Notes: a model not told the origin generated them from the sequence alone. Positions 15,850-24,227 are shown, counted from the first letter of the stretch. The stretch is DNA of 64,000 nt from an uncultured Candidatus Saccharibacteria bacterium (GCA_964479955.1 CAYZNK010000002.1:156955-220954), one strand, 5' to 3'. Program-made: numbers and translations.

Positions 15850-16266
15850 GTGATAATGATAACATTGCGCCAAGAAAAAATTTTAAATTTTCTGGTAAAG
15901 GAATATATAGCCACTTTGGAGCCGGTTGGCTCTTTGGCTTTAAAAAAAGTATGCGACCTTGATGTTTCCGGGGCAACAATAAGAAATGATTTACAGGAAC
16001 TTGCAAGGCAGGGATATATAGAACAGCCCTATACTTCGGCAGGCAGGGTGCCAACAAAAAAAGCATACAGGCATTTTGCAGAGTGCATAAGAAAACAGAA
16101 TGAAATAGAATTTGAAATGTTTATTGTGCGACAAATTAGGCATGCCAGAAGTGAAATGGAACAAGAAATGAAAATGATGGAAAAACTAATGGATACACTT
16201 GAAAACGACAATATTTTTGAAATATTAACAATTTTAGAATCATGGCACAAAAAAATAATGAATTAG
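15850..16266 (+). CDS. hrcA: HrcA-like heat-shock repressor, short form (winged-HTH domain only)
   Basis: LRQEKILNFLVKEYIATLEPVGSLALKK...SGATIRNDLQELARQGYIEQPYTSAGRVPT. Only 138 aa. Lies downstream of CIRCE and overlaps grpE by 25 nt. Confidence 0.75.
   Translation: MIMITLRQEKILNFLVKEYIATLEPVGSLALKKVCDLDVSGATIRNDLQELARQGYIEQPYTSAGRVPTKKAYRHFAECIRKQNEIEFEMFIVRQIRHARSEMEQEMKMMEKLMDTLENDNIFEILTILESWHKKIMN
16120..16137 (+). repeat. 18-mer TTTATTGTGCGACAAATT (forward) inside hrcA
   Basis: Identical to 13720-13737 but read in another frame (..MFIVRQI..). Confidence 0.9.
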
Positions 16267-16736
16267 AAACAAAAGGAAAATCCTTTGATGTATCTGAGGA
16301 TGAATTGAAGGCGCTTCAACTCAAATCAGAAGAATATCTGGCTGGTTGGAAAAGGGAAAGGGCAGACTTTATAAATTATAAAAAAGACGAGGCAGAAAGA
16401 GTTTCAAGTATTATAAAATATGGAAATGAAGACCTTGTTTTAAAACTTTTGCCTATTTTGGATAATTTGCTTTTGGCTCAAGCTCACATAAACGATACAG
16501 GGCTTTTGCAGGTAATAAAACAATTTGAAGATTTTTTAAAACAAGAGGGGATTGAACCAATAAAAACCGTCGGAGAGGCATTTGACCCAAATTCAATGGA
16601 AGCCGTAGGTGCTGAGCAAAGCCGAAGCACAGTAGATGACAAAGAAAACAGCCAAACAGTGTCAGAAGAATTAACCCGCGGATATACAATGCACGGCAAG
16701 CTAATCCGCCCGGCAAAAGTCAAGGTTGCCAAATAG
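16242..16736 (+). CDS. grpE: nucleotide exchange factor GrpE
   Basis: YLAGWKRERADFINYKKDEAER, LLPILDNL, FDPNSMEAV, GYTMHGKLIRPAKVKV. Confidence 0.9.
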   Translation: MAQKNNELETKGKSFDVSEDELKALQLKSEEYLAGWKRERADFINYKKDEAERVSSIIKYGNEDLVLKLLPILDNLLLAQAHINDTGLLQVIKQFEDFLKQEGIEPIKTVGEAFDPNSMEAVGAEQSRSTVDDKENSQTVSEELTRGYTMHGKLIRPAKVKVAK

Positions 16737-16831
16737 GCAACCACAGATTCCGCAATAGCAAAGCCATTTTGCGAGGTCCGACCTCGCAAGGATGATTAAT
16801 TCAGTAATTTAATTAAACAATAAATAAAAAT

Positions 16832-17107
16832 ATGGAAAAAGAACAAAAACAAATTCAAATAAATTTAGACCCCAATGTTTATATGATAACAATGATGAGC
16901 ATGGCCTTTAATGAAGAAAATTTCAATTTTCTGATAACATCAGGAAACCAGGGCAGGCAGTTTACAGCAACCCCAAAGCACGCAAAAAGGATTTATATGC
17001 TTTTAAAACAGCAGATTGAATCATACGAAAAACAATTTAGTGAAATAAAAACCGAATTGCCCCAAAGGCCACAAACAACCCAAGAGGAAACCAAAGTCGG
17101 ATTTTAA
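16832..17107 (+). CDS. hypothetical protein (within the dnaK operon)
   Basis: 91-aa AT-rich ORF between grpE and dnaK. Confidence 0.6.
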   Translation: MEKEQKQIQINLDPNVYMITMMSMAFNEENFNFLITSGNQGRQFTATPKHAKRIYMLLKQQIESYEKQFSEIKTELPQRPQTTQEETKVGF

Positions 17108-17111
17108 AGGC

Positions 17112-17621
17112 ATGAAGATAATAAAACAAACAACTCACGATACTTGCCAAGCCTGTGCGATTTTGATGCTTATTGGCGGGAATAAAAAAGATGAAATTGA
17201 AGTTTGGAAACACGGATGGAAGTTTAATTATCTACTAGGACAAACAAGCTACGTTTCTCAAAAATATAAGAAGAATTTTACCATATATATTGAAAACAAG
17301 TATTATTTTGAAAAGATACAAAAACAAAAAAAGGACAAAGTTAATCTTAAAAACGAAAAAATAAACCTGAAATTAATAGAAAAAGTTATAAAAGATAATA
17401 ATGTAGCGGTGTATGTTGATTCTTATTATCCTTATGTTCCAGGAAATCTCCATGCGCCTCATTTTTGGGTAATATTAGAAATAAATGATAAATTTGTTGA
17501 AGTAGCAGACCCGTGGTATGGCAAAAAACTAAAAATTCCGATAAATATTTTTAAAAAATCAATAATTAGTTTAAGGAATCTACTCAAATATAGTCCTGTC
17601 CTTATAACAACACCAAAATAA
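17112..17621 (+). CDS. hypothetical protein, possible papain-fold (C39-like) peptidase
   Basis: Candidate Cys in HDTCQACAILM and candidate His in HAPHFWVILE...VADPWYG. The assignment is weak. Confidence 0.55.
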   Translation: MKIIKQTTHDTCQACAILMLIGGNKKDEIEVWKHGWKFNYLLGQTSYVSQKYKKNFTIYIENKYYFEKIQKQKKDKVNLKNEKINLKLIEKVIKDNNVAVYVDSYYPYVPGNLHAPHFWVILEINDKFVEVADPWYGKKLKIPINIFKKSIISLRNLLKYSPVLITTPK

Positions 17622-17648
17622 CAAAATAAATTAAATAAATTAAAAATT

Positions 17649-19532
17649 ATGAGCAAAATATTAGGTATAGATTTAGGTACAACTAACTCCGCAATGGCAA
17701 TTGTGGAAGGAGGTGAAGCAAAAATTATTGAAAACAAAGAAGGGGCAAGAACCACGCCTTCTATTGTGGCAACTTCAAAATCAGGAGAAAGGGTTGTTGG
17801 AGTGCTTGCAAAAAGACAAGCTGTCACAAATCCAACAAACACAATATTTTCAGTTAAAAGGCTTATTGGTAGAAAATTTTCTGACCCGGAAGTTCAAAGG
17901 GATAAAAAATTATTGCCTTATGAAATTAAAGAATCCAGCGACGGCGGAGTGGATGTAAAAATGGGCGACAAGTGGTTAAACCCAGCCGAAATTTCTGCAA
18001 TGATTTTGCAAAAATTAAAAGCAGACGCAGAGGCAAAAACTGGAGAAACAATCACAGAAGCAATTATTACAGTGCCCGCTTATTTTGACGACGCACAAAG
18101 AAAAGCCACAAAAATTGCAGGAGAAATTGCGGGGTTTAAAGTAGACAGAGTTATAAACGAACCAACTGCAGCAGCTTTAGCCTACGGATTAACAAAAAAG
18201 AAAGACCAGCAAATTTGTGTATACGACTTTGGCGGAGGAACTTTTGATATTTCAATTTTGGATGTTGGAGCAGACACAGTTGAAGTAAAGGCAACGGGCG
18301 GGGATACGCACCTTGGCGGAGATGATTTTGACCAAAAAATAATGGACTGGGTGGTTGGAGAATTTAAAAAAGAAAACGGCGTTGATTTGTCAAAAGACCA
18401 GTTGGCCTTGCAAAGGATTAAAGAAACAGCAGAAAAAGCAAAAATAGAATTATCATCTGCAATGGAAACGGAAATAAATCTGCCGTTTATAACTTCCGAC
18501 GCAAATGGTCCAAAACATTTATTGATAAAACTTACAAGGGCGCAATTTGAAAATATGGTTGCCGATGACATCAACAAATCAATAGAACTTGTGAAAAAAA
18601 CTTTAAAAGAAGCGAAACTTGAACCAAAAGATATTGAAGAGGTTGTTTTGGTTGGCGGACAGACAAGAATGCCAAAAATGCAAGAAGAAGTAAAAAAATT
18701 ATTTGGCAAAGAACCAAACAAAGAAGTAAATCCCGACGAGGTTGTTGCAATTGGAGCCGCTGTCCAAGGAGGAATTATGCAGGGAGATGTTAGAGACGTT
18801 TTGCTTTTGGATGTGACCCCGCTTTCCCTGGGAATTGAAACGTTTGGAAGCGTAAATACAATCTTAATCCCTAAAAACACAACAGTGCCAACAGCAAAAA
18901 ATCAGATTTTTTCAACTGCGGCCGACAGCCAAACATCCGTTGAAATTCATGTTTTGCAGGGAGAAAGGCCAATGGCGCAGGATAACAAAACTTTGGGAAA
19001 ATTTATTTTAGACGGTATTCCTCCAGCTCCTCGCGGAGTTCCGCAGGTTGAGGTTTCTTTTGACATTGACGCAAACGGAATATTAAATGTTTCTGCAAAA
19101 GACAAAGCAACCGGAAAATCGCAATCAATAAGGATTGAAGGGTCTTCTGGAATATCAAAAGAAGAGGTTGAAAGAATGAAGAAAGATGCAGAAGTCCACG
19201 CAAAAGAGGATAAAGAAAAGCAGTCAGCAATTGAAACAAAAAATATTGCCGATGCTTTAATATACACATCAGAAAAAACCTTAAAAGACAATGCTGACAA
19301 AATAAAGCCAGAAGACAAGAAGTTGGCTGAAGATAAAATAAACGCCTTGAAAGAAGAGCAAAAAACTGATAATATAGAAAACATAAAGTCCAAAACACAG
19401 GAATTATCGGAATTAATGCAAAAAATAGGCGCAGAACTCTACAAACAGGAGCCGCAAAAACAACCGGAACAGGAAAAGAAAGATGGAGGCGATAAAAATA
19501 CCGAGGAAGGAAAGTATACGGAGAAAAATTAA
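17649..19532 (+). CDS. dnaK: molecular chaperone DnaK (Hsp70)
   Basis: [27 protein letters not shown]; full-length Hsp70. Confidence 0.98.
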   Translation: MSKILGIDLGTTNSAMAIVEGGEAKIIENKEGARTTPSIVATSKSGERVVGVLAKRQAVTNPTNTIFSVKRLIGRKFSDPEVQRDKKLLPYEIKESSDGGVDVKMGDKWLNPAEISAMILQKLKADAEAKTGETITEAIITVPAYFDDAQRKATKIAGEIAGFKVDRVINEPTAAALAYGLTKKKDQQICVYDFGGGTFDISILDVGADTVEVKATGGDTHLGGDDFDQKIMDWVVGEFKKENGVDLSKDQLALQRIKETAEKAKIELSSAMETEINLPFITSDANGPKHLLIKLTRAQFENMVADDINKSIELVKKTLKEAKLEPKDIEEVVLVGGQTRMPKMQEEVKKLFGKEPNKEVNPDEVVAIGAAVQGGIMQGDVRDVLLLDVTPLSLGIETFGSVNTILIPKNTTVPTAKNQIFSTAADSQTSVEIHVLQGERPMAQDNKTLGKFILDGIPPAPRGVPQVEVSFDIDANGILNVSAKDKATGKSQSIRIEGSSGISKEEVERMKKDAEVHAKEDKEKQSAIETKNIADALIYTSEKTLKDNADKIKPEDKKLAEDKINALKEEQKTDNIENIKSKTQELSELMQKIGAELYKQEPQKQPEQEKKDGGDKNTEEGKYTEKN

Positions 19533-19628
19533 TTTCCAATGACCAAACCCCAATGCCCAACAAAATCATAAATCTCAATTGTTAAAAATGTTTTGGGATT
19601 TGGATTTTGGGGTTTAGGTTTTCAACAA
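19533..19628 (+). repeat. intergenic two-box repeat element, copy B
   Basis: Box1 CCAATGACCAAA (19536-19547) and box2 TTTTGGGATTT (19591-19601). Translates as the spurious GFGFWGLGF extension of the dnaJ track ORF. Confidence 0.75.
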
Positions 19629-20720
19629 ATGAATTACTATGAAATTCTTGGGATTGCGAAAACAGCTACCCAGGAAGAAATTAAAAAAGCTTTTCACAAG
19701 CTGGCTCATAAATACCATCCTGACAAAGGCGGAGATGAAAAAAAATTCAAGGAAATAAACGAAGCATACCAGATTCTTTCAGATAAAGCAAAAAGGGCGC
19801 AATACGACCAGTTTGGCAGAGTTTTTGACGGGTCAGGCCCACAGCCCGGGCAGGATGGATTTGGATTTAATTGGGCTTGGGGCAACAAAGGCCAGCAAGA
19901 CGTTGAATTTGACTTAAATGACTTAGGAGATGTTTTTGAAGAATTTTTCGGATTTGGCGGGGGTGGAAAAACTACAAAAAAAGATGCCAGGAGAGGAAAA
20001 GACATTGAAATACAGATAGAGGTTCCGCTTGAAAAAACCTTAAAAGATTTTACAGAAAAAATTAACTTGCAAAAACATATTGTTTGCAACAGATGCAAAG
20101 GAGCGGGGGCAGAACCAGACACAAAAATAAAAGAGTGCTTTTCATGCAGGGGAACAGGCCAGGTCCAACAGGTCAAAAAAACTTTTTTGGGGTCATACAC
20201 AACAATTGCAACATGCCCTGAATGTAAAGGAGAGGGCACTATGCCCGAAAAGCCATGCAATGTATGCAAAGGAGAAGGCAGGGTAAGGGCAACTGAAACA
20301 ATAGAAGTGAAAATTCCGGCAGGCGTTGATTCAAACCAGTTAATAAAAGTTGAAGGCAAAGGAGAGGCAGGCAAAAAGGGCGCTAAAGCAGGAAACCTTT
20401 ATATAAGAATATATGTAAAACAGCATCCTGTTTTTGAAAGAAAGGAAGACGACCTTTTTTCATTGTTGCAAATTGGCTTGTCACAAGCTGTTTTAGGTGA
20501 TAAGGTTGAATTAAAAATAATTGACGGAACAAATATATTGCTTGAAATTCCGGCAGGAACAGAATCCGGCAAAATTTTAAGAATTACAGGAAAGGGGATT
20601 CCGCATTTCGGAGGATATGGCAGGGGAAACCTGTATGTTGAACTGAAAATTGACACCCCTAAAAAACTGACAAAAAAACAAAAAGAATTGTTTGAACAAA
20701 TAAGAAAAGAAGGATTATAA
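19629..20720 (+). CDS. dnaJ: molecular chaperone DnaJ
   Basis: J-domain YYEILGI...HPD, G/F region, four CxxCxGxG zinc motifs. Start moved to ATG 19629. Confidence 0.95.
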   Translation: MNYYEILGIAKTATQEEIKKAFHKLAHKYHPDKGGDEKKFKEINEAYQILSDKAKRAQYDQFGRVFDGSGPQPGQDGFGFNWAWGNKGQQDVEFDLNDLGDVFEEFFGFGGGGKTTKKDARRGKDIEIQIEVPLEKTLKDFTEKINLQKHIVCNRCKGAGAEPDTKIKECFSCRGTGQVQQVKKTFLGSYTTIATCPECKGEGTMPEKPCNVCKGEGRVRATETIEVKIPAGVDSNQLIKVEGKGEAGKKGAKAGNLYIRIYVKQHPVFERKEDDLFSLLQIGLSQAVLGDKVELKIIDGTNILLEIPAGTESGKILRITGKGIPHFGGYGRGNLYVELKIDTPKKLTKKQKELFEQIRKEGL

Positions 20721-20721
20721 C

Positions 20722-20800
20722 TAAAAAACCCTAAAAACCAAAACCCAATGACCAAAAACATTTTGGAATTTGGATTTTGGGATTTGGGATTTCCGCTGAA
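20722..20800 (+). repeat. intergenic two-box repeat element, copy C
   Basis: Box1 CCAATGACCAAA (20745-20756) and box2 TTTTGGGATTT (20775-20785), followed by the GAAA-tetraloop hairpin TCCGCT-gaaa-AGCGGA. Confidence 0.75.
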
Positions 20801-20811
20801 AAGCGGACTAT

Positions 20812-20849
20812 GCCCTTGTAGCCTGCCTGCCGGTAGGCAGGCTCAATGG
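20812..20849 (+). repeat. Decayed 5' copy of tRNA-Lys (nt 1-19) with a GC-rich hairpin inserted in the D-arm
   Basis: GCCCTTGTAGC compares with tRNA GCCCCCGTAGC. A 19-nt insert CTGCCTGCCGGTAGGCAGG follows, then CTCAATGG, which equals tRNA nt 12-19. Confidence 0.6.
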
Positions 20850-20954
20850 CCCTAACACTTAAGTGTGCCCCCGTAGCTCAATGGTAGAGCAGTAGCCTTT
20901 TAAGCTATTGGTTCCGCGTTCGAGTCGCGGCGGGGGCACACTTAAGTGTTAGGG
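20850..20954. repeat. 17-bp perfect inverted repeat flanking tRNA-Lys
   Basis: CCCTAACACTTAAGTGT (20850-20866) and ACACTTAAGTGTTAGGG (20938-20954, sharing the discriminator A) would extend the acceptor stem to about 24 bp. Confidence 0.85.
20867..20938 (+). tRNA. tRNA-Lys (anticodon UUU)
   Basis: Acceptor GCCCCCG/CGGGGGC, D-arm GCTC-AATGGTA-GAGC, anticodon loop CTTTTAA, T-arm CCGCG-TTCGAGT-CGCGG, discriminator A. Confidence 0.9.
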
Positions 20955-20973
20955 GGCACATAAACTAAAAAAG

Positions 20974-21005
20974 CAGTCCTGAACGTACTCAAAGGGCTGT
21001 TTTTT
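20974..21005 (+). terminator. intrinsic terminator (weak stem)
   Basis: CAGTCC...GGGCTG (one G:U pair) followed by TTTTTT. Confidence 0.5.
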
Positions 21006-21054
21006 AATTAGTACTTAATATATAATTAAGTAATATTAAATAATATAAAAATTT

Positions 21055-21405
21055 ATGGAATATGCAGAAAACCAAGATTGTGAAAAAACAATCAAAAAAT
21101 TAAAAAGAAAAATTCTTTTTCTTGAAATAATAATATTTTTATTTATAGCTGTCTTAATAACATCGGCAGTTTCAGGATACTTTTTAATAAAACCATATAT
21201 AGAAAAATTTAATGAGCTGTCAGAAACATTCCAAAATATTCAACCTTATATTAATCAATTAAGCCAGTTAAAAAACCTGCCAAACCTTGGTTCAAGCCAG
21301 GAGTTGCAGTCAGCTATAAACACGCTAAATTCTTTGTCTGAAAATGTAAAACAAATCCAAGGAACGGTTGATAGTATAAAAAACACCTTTAAATGGCCAT
21401 TTTAA
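21055..21405 (+). CDS. hypothetical membrane protein
   Basis: 116 aa with TM helix ILFLEIIIFLFIAVLITSAVSGYFLI. AT-rich. Confidence 0.6.
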   Translation: MEYAENQDCEKTIKKLKRKILFLEIIIFLFIAVLITSAVSGYFLIKPYIEKFNELSETFQNIQPYINQLSQLKNLPNLGSSQELQSAINTLNSLSENVKQIQGTVDSIKNTFKWPF

Positions 21406-21409
21406 TTAG

Positions 21410-21438
21410 TTTACATAAAAGCAAAAAAGGGGTAATAT
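21410..21438 (+). promoter_or_regulatory. sigma70-type promoter of a GC-rich cassette
   Basis: TTTACA (21410-21415), 17-nt spacer, TAATAT (21433-21438). Confidence 0.5.
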
Positions 21439-21491
21439 GATATATTGTTTGTTTTGACCATTAACAATTTGTTTACGTCAGGAGCCTTATC

Positions 21492-21905
21492 ATGGCAAAA
21501 AGACAAAACGCTGCCCGCAAGCGCAGAAACCCAATCGTAACAGCAAAGGTAAACGAAGCAAGTCTGGAATCTGTTTTGAGACACGCCCAAAAAGAGAATA
21601 AGAGACTAACGGAAGAAATAGATAGGCTAAAATGTTTTAAACAAGGACTTGAGACATCTCACAATGGAGCCTTGGCTAAGTGTCTTGATATGGAAGAAAG
21701 GTGCGCCAAATTGGAGGAAGACAAGAGGGCAGTTGAGATAGCACTTGAAAATATAAATGCTAAGCTCTGTGCGGTCACTGAACTATATGAAGACGCACAG
21801 AATAAGCTTGCCAAAAAAGCAATGGAACTTCTCAAAAGCGAGGGTGCTGTTAGCGCCCTGGGCGGACAAATCGACAGGATGTTCGCGAAGCTGATCGCTA
21901 AGTGA
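21492..21905 (+). CDS. hypothetical coiled-coil protein (137 aa, GC-richer cassette)
   Basis: AGGAG lies 8 nt upstream of the ATG. Basic N-terminus AKRQNAARKRRNP followed by heptad-like helices. Confidence 0.65.
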   Translation: MAKRQNAARKRRNPIVTAKVNEASLESVLRHAQKENKRLTEEIDRLKCFKQGLETSHNGALAKCLDMEERCAKLEEDKRAVEIALENINAKLCAVTELYEDAQNKLAKKAMELLKSEGAVSALGGQIDRMFAKLIAK

Positions 21906-21919
21906 ATGCTACGCGAAAC

Positions 21920-21947
21920 GCGGAGAACCAAAAACCTCCGCTTTTTT
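21920..21947 (+). terminator. intrinsic terminator
   Basis: GCGGAG-aaccaaaaac-CTCCGC followed by TTTTTT. Confidence 0.8.
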
Positions 21948-21967
21948 ATTGCTTGGAGTTTGTTGAA

Positions 21968-23110
21968 ATGATAAAATATACTGTTAAGCAACAAAAATTT
22001 ATGATAACAAAAGGAATTGCAACATTTGGATTGGATTACGGAAAATGCCCAAAGTGGCTTTTTGACAGAATGGTTTTGCTCTCAAAAAGAATGATTTATG
22101 CAATAATCGCAGAAGAAGGTCCCGACGAATTTATAAAAAGGATTTCTAACCCCGTTTGGTTTCAGTCTCTGGGAACTGTCCTGGCTTTTGACTGGAATGC
22201 TTCCGGGCTTACAACAATTCTTACAGCCGCTTTAAAAGAGGCAATAAGGGGCTCTGAAAAAGATTTGGGAATTTTTATTTGCGGGGGAAAAGGCAAAACA
22301 TCTTTGAAAACTCCAGATGAAATTTTAAACTGGTCTTATAAAATCTCTTTACCCGAAAAATCAGCTAATTCTTTGGTTTATAATTCTAAAATGGCAGCCA
22401 AGGTTGACAGCTCGCTGGTTCAAGACGGATTTCAAATTTACCACCATGCTTTTTTCTTTTCAAAAAACGGAGCATGGACGGTTGTCCAGCAGGGAATGAA
22501 CGCAAAGGAGCAGTCTGCCAGAAGATATCACTGGCACTCAAAGGAGTTAAAAGACTTAATTAAAGAACCGCACTCGGGCATTGAAAGCGCGGTAAAATTG
22601 AAAAATGTTCTAAATATGACGGCCCAAGAAAGCGACAAAAACAGGGAACTAAGCAAATCCCTTGTTTTGGAACAAGGATTTAATTCTTTAATGAAAGACA
22701 TAACTCTTTTAAGAAAATATTATACGCCATTGTCGCAGACAATCACAATTAAAAACCAAAAAGAGCAGCTGACCCTGCTTAATTTAGAGACAAAAGAGTT
22801 TCATTGGCATCCGGTTGTAACGGAAAACTTTGCCAAGAGCAAATATTTGGAAAAAATTTTATGGAAGCTGTGCGACCAAAAGCCGGAAAACTATGAAAAA
22901 CTATTGGCAACGCCCGGAGTGGGCCCCAAAACAATAAGGGCGTTAGCTTTGGTTGCAGAAGTTATTTATGGAGCCAAACCTTCATACCAAGACCCCGCTA
23001 GATATTCTTTTGCGCACGGAGGCAAAGACGCAACTCCTTACCCCGTTGACCGCCAGACCTATGACCAAACAATAGACAAACTAAGAGGATTTTTAAGACA
23101 AAAACCTTGA
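21968..23110 (+). CDS. DUF763-family protein
   Basis: ATPGVGPKTIRALALVAEVIYGAKPSYQDPARYSFAHGGKDATPYPVD is typical of DUF763. Start placed after the terminator (ATG 21968; ATG 22001 is also possible). Confidence 0.75.
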   Translation: MIKYTVKQQKFMITKGIATFGLDYGKCPKWLFDRMVLLSKRMIYAIIAEEGPDEFIKRISNPVWFQSLGTVLAFDWNASGLTTILTAALKEAIRGSEKDLGIFICGGKGKTSLKTPDEILNWSYKISLPEKSANSLVYNSKMAAKVDSSLVQDGFQIYHHAFFFSKNGAWTVVQQGMNAKEQSARRYHWHSKELKDLIKEPHSGIESAVKLKNVLNMTAQESDKNRELSKSLVLEQGFNSLMKDITLLRKYYTPLSQTITIKNQKEQLTLLNLETKEFHWHPVVTENFAKSKYLEKILWKLCDQKPENYEKLLATPGVGPKTIRALALVAEVIYGAKPSYQDPARYSFAHGGKDATPYPVDRQTYDQTIDKLRGFLRQKP

Positions 23111-23165
23111 TACTTAATACCAAATACCTTATACTTAATATCAACTAGAATAAATTTCTATGTGA

Positions 23166-23236
23166 GGGCCCATAGTAAAACGGCATTACGGATCCATGGC
23201 ATGGATTAGGTCCGGGTTCGATTCCCGGTGGGTCCA
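23166..23236 (+). tRNA. tRNA-Ala (anticodon GGC)
   Basis: Acceptor GGGCCCA/TGGGTCC with G3:U70, anticodon loop ATGGCAT, T-arm CCGGG-TTCGATT-CCCGG, discriminator A. Confidence 0.85.
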
Positions 23237-23245
23237 CAGATAAAA

Positions 23246-23271
23246 ATACGGCGCTAAATGCCGTATTTTTT
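23246..23271 (+). terminator. intrinsic terminator
   Basis: ATACGGC-gctaaat-GCCGTAT followed by TTTTT. Confidence 0.8.
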
Positions 23272-23275
23272 ATTG

Positions 23276-23306
23276 CCTGCCTGTCCGGCAGGCAGGTGCG
23301 ACAAAT
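23276..23306 (+). repeat. CCTGCCTG/CAGGCAGG hairpin plus partial ATTGTGCGAC-word copy
   Basis: CCTGCCTG-tccgg-CAGGCAGG is the same hairpin family as 20823-20841. It is followed by GTGCGACAAAT (23296-23306, forward). Confidence 0.6.
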
Positions 23307-23338
23307 AATTACTGTGTGGAATATTTTATTAGTCTGGA

Positions 23339-23367
23339 TTGACAAGGGTTTATATATATGATAAGAT
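23339..23367 (+). promoter_or_regulatory. sigma70-type promoter of the orphan RNA
   Basis: TTGACA (23339-23344), 17-nt spacer, TAAGAT (23362-23367). Same -10 as the hrcA promoter. Confidence 0.6.
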
Positions 23368-23373
23368 AAATTA

Positions 23374-23782
23374 TAGGGAGGATATTTCATCCTCTTTGCA
23401 CTTTTACCGTCGGTGAGCTGTTATACAACACAATACAGCGCAACTGACAGAAATGGGGACCCCCGACATGCGTAATCCGACTCAACAGCAGCTTCTAAAG
23501 TAGTTGAAGCCATCGGGCACGGCCACGACGACGGCCCTGTTCGCGCTTCGCTGACGACTTCGCGCCGGCCCCGCGAACAAACAGCCATCCGACACAGAAA
23601 GGGAGAAGAACCAATGACCCCGTATAAACACCCACCGTAGGTGGGTTCCGTAGCGTAAGCGGGTTTGAGGCACTCGGGATTGCGGCAATGGCACCTCCGA
23701 TCCCCAACGATAGCCATTTGCCGCCAGGGAGCAGCAAGAACCAAGTTTTAACAAACGAAGTTCTTGTTGCTCCGTTTTTTTT
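23374..23782 (+). ncRNA. unclassified GC-rich structured RNA (about 400 nt)
   Basis: Bounded by the promoter and a 13-bp-stem terminator (23729-23782). The plus strand is full of stops. Helices at 23378/23389, 23539/23572, 23630/23641 and 23682/23713. Only spurious antisense ORFs overlap it. Confidence 0.55.
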
Positions 23783-23802
23783 GCTTGATTTTGGAAAAAC
23801 TC

Positions 23803-23831
23803 TTGACTTAATTATTGGCTTTTGATAACAT
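23803..23831 (+). promoter_or_regulatory. sigma70-type promoter
   Basis: TTGACT (23803-23808), 17-nt spacer, TGaTAACAT (-10 at 23826-23831). Confidence 0.45.
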
Positions 23832-23874
23832 TGTAAATAATAAATTAACAACTTCTTTTTTCACGGAGGAAATT

Positions 23875-24075
23875 ATGCCATTATACTGGCTTGCACTGAT
23901 TTTGGTGATTCTCTTCTTTTTGACGGTTCATTGTGGACCGCTAAAAAAGCGTGAAATCCGCGAGTGCTACGGCTGCATCCGCGGAAATGGGAAAGCAACC
24001 CGCAACATGTTGACGCCAAAGATTGTGAGGTGCAAAAAGCCTGTAGCGGGGTGCCTGGTTGGTGGCACCTTATAA
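23875..24075 (+). CDS. small Cys-rich membrane peptide (66 aa)
   Basis: GGAGG lies 7 nt upstream of ATG 23875. MPLYWLALILVILFFLTVHCGPLKKREIRECYGCIRGNGKATRNMLTPKIVRCKKPVAGCLVGGTL has one TM helix and 6 Cys. Confidence 0.5.
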   Translation: MPLYWLALILVILFFLTVHCGPLKKREIRECYGCIRGNGKATRNMLTPKIVRCKKPVAGCLVGGTL

Positions 24076-24227
24076 AGCGCGAGACAGTGCTGATATCAAA
24101 AAGCAAAAAGAATACAGCCCCGTAAGGACGCAACCGTCGCAAGGGGGAAAGCCATGAGACATTGGTATCTGGACACTTTCTGATTTCTGCTCTGCTTTCG
24201 GGCGCAACCAACTCACTTCTTTACCAT

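Noticed and set aside
17701-20761. Long antisense or alternative-frame ORFs inside dnaK and dnaJ (for example 18182..18880, 18947..19393, 19003..19578, 19706..20374, 20399..20761)
   Set aside because: They lie opposite or out of frame to unambiguous Hsp70 and DnaJ coding sequence. The translations are low-complexity, and no independent start signals are present.
13949-20800. CRISPR array interpretation of the CCAAA/TTTGG-rich repeats
   Set aside because: Only three dispersed elements are present, each internally self-complementary. There is no regular repeat-spacer periodicity, and no cas genes are in the window.
23374-23782. RNase P RNA or tmRNA identity for the roughly 400-nt RNA
   Set aside because: There is no GGAAAGUCC-like CR-I or matching P4 partner. 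There is no T-loop (GTTCRA) near the 3' end, no G-rich 5' end pairing with a ...CCACCA end, and no tag-peptide frame ending in a hydrophobic A-A stop. I cannot exclude a very divergent form without covariance models.
23421-23851. Three overlapping minus-strand ORFs (107, 90 and 118 aa) across the GC-rich block
   Set aside because: All three frames are open only because the plus strand lacks TTA, CTA and TCA here. None has an RBS. The sequences are low-complexity (Arg/Gly/Ala/Pro). The promoter and terminator point to a plus-strand, non-coding transcript.
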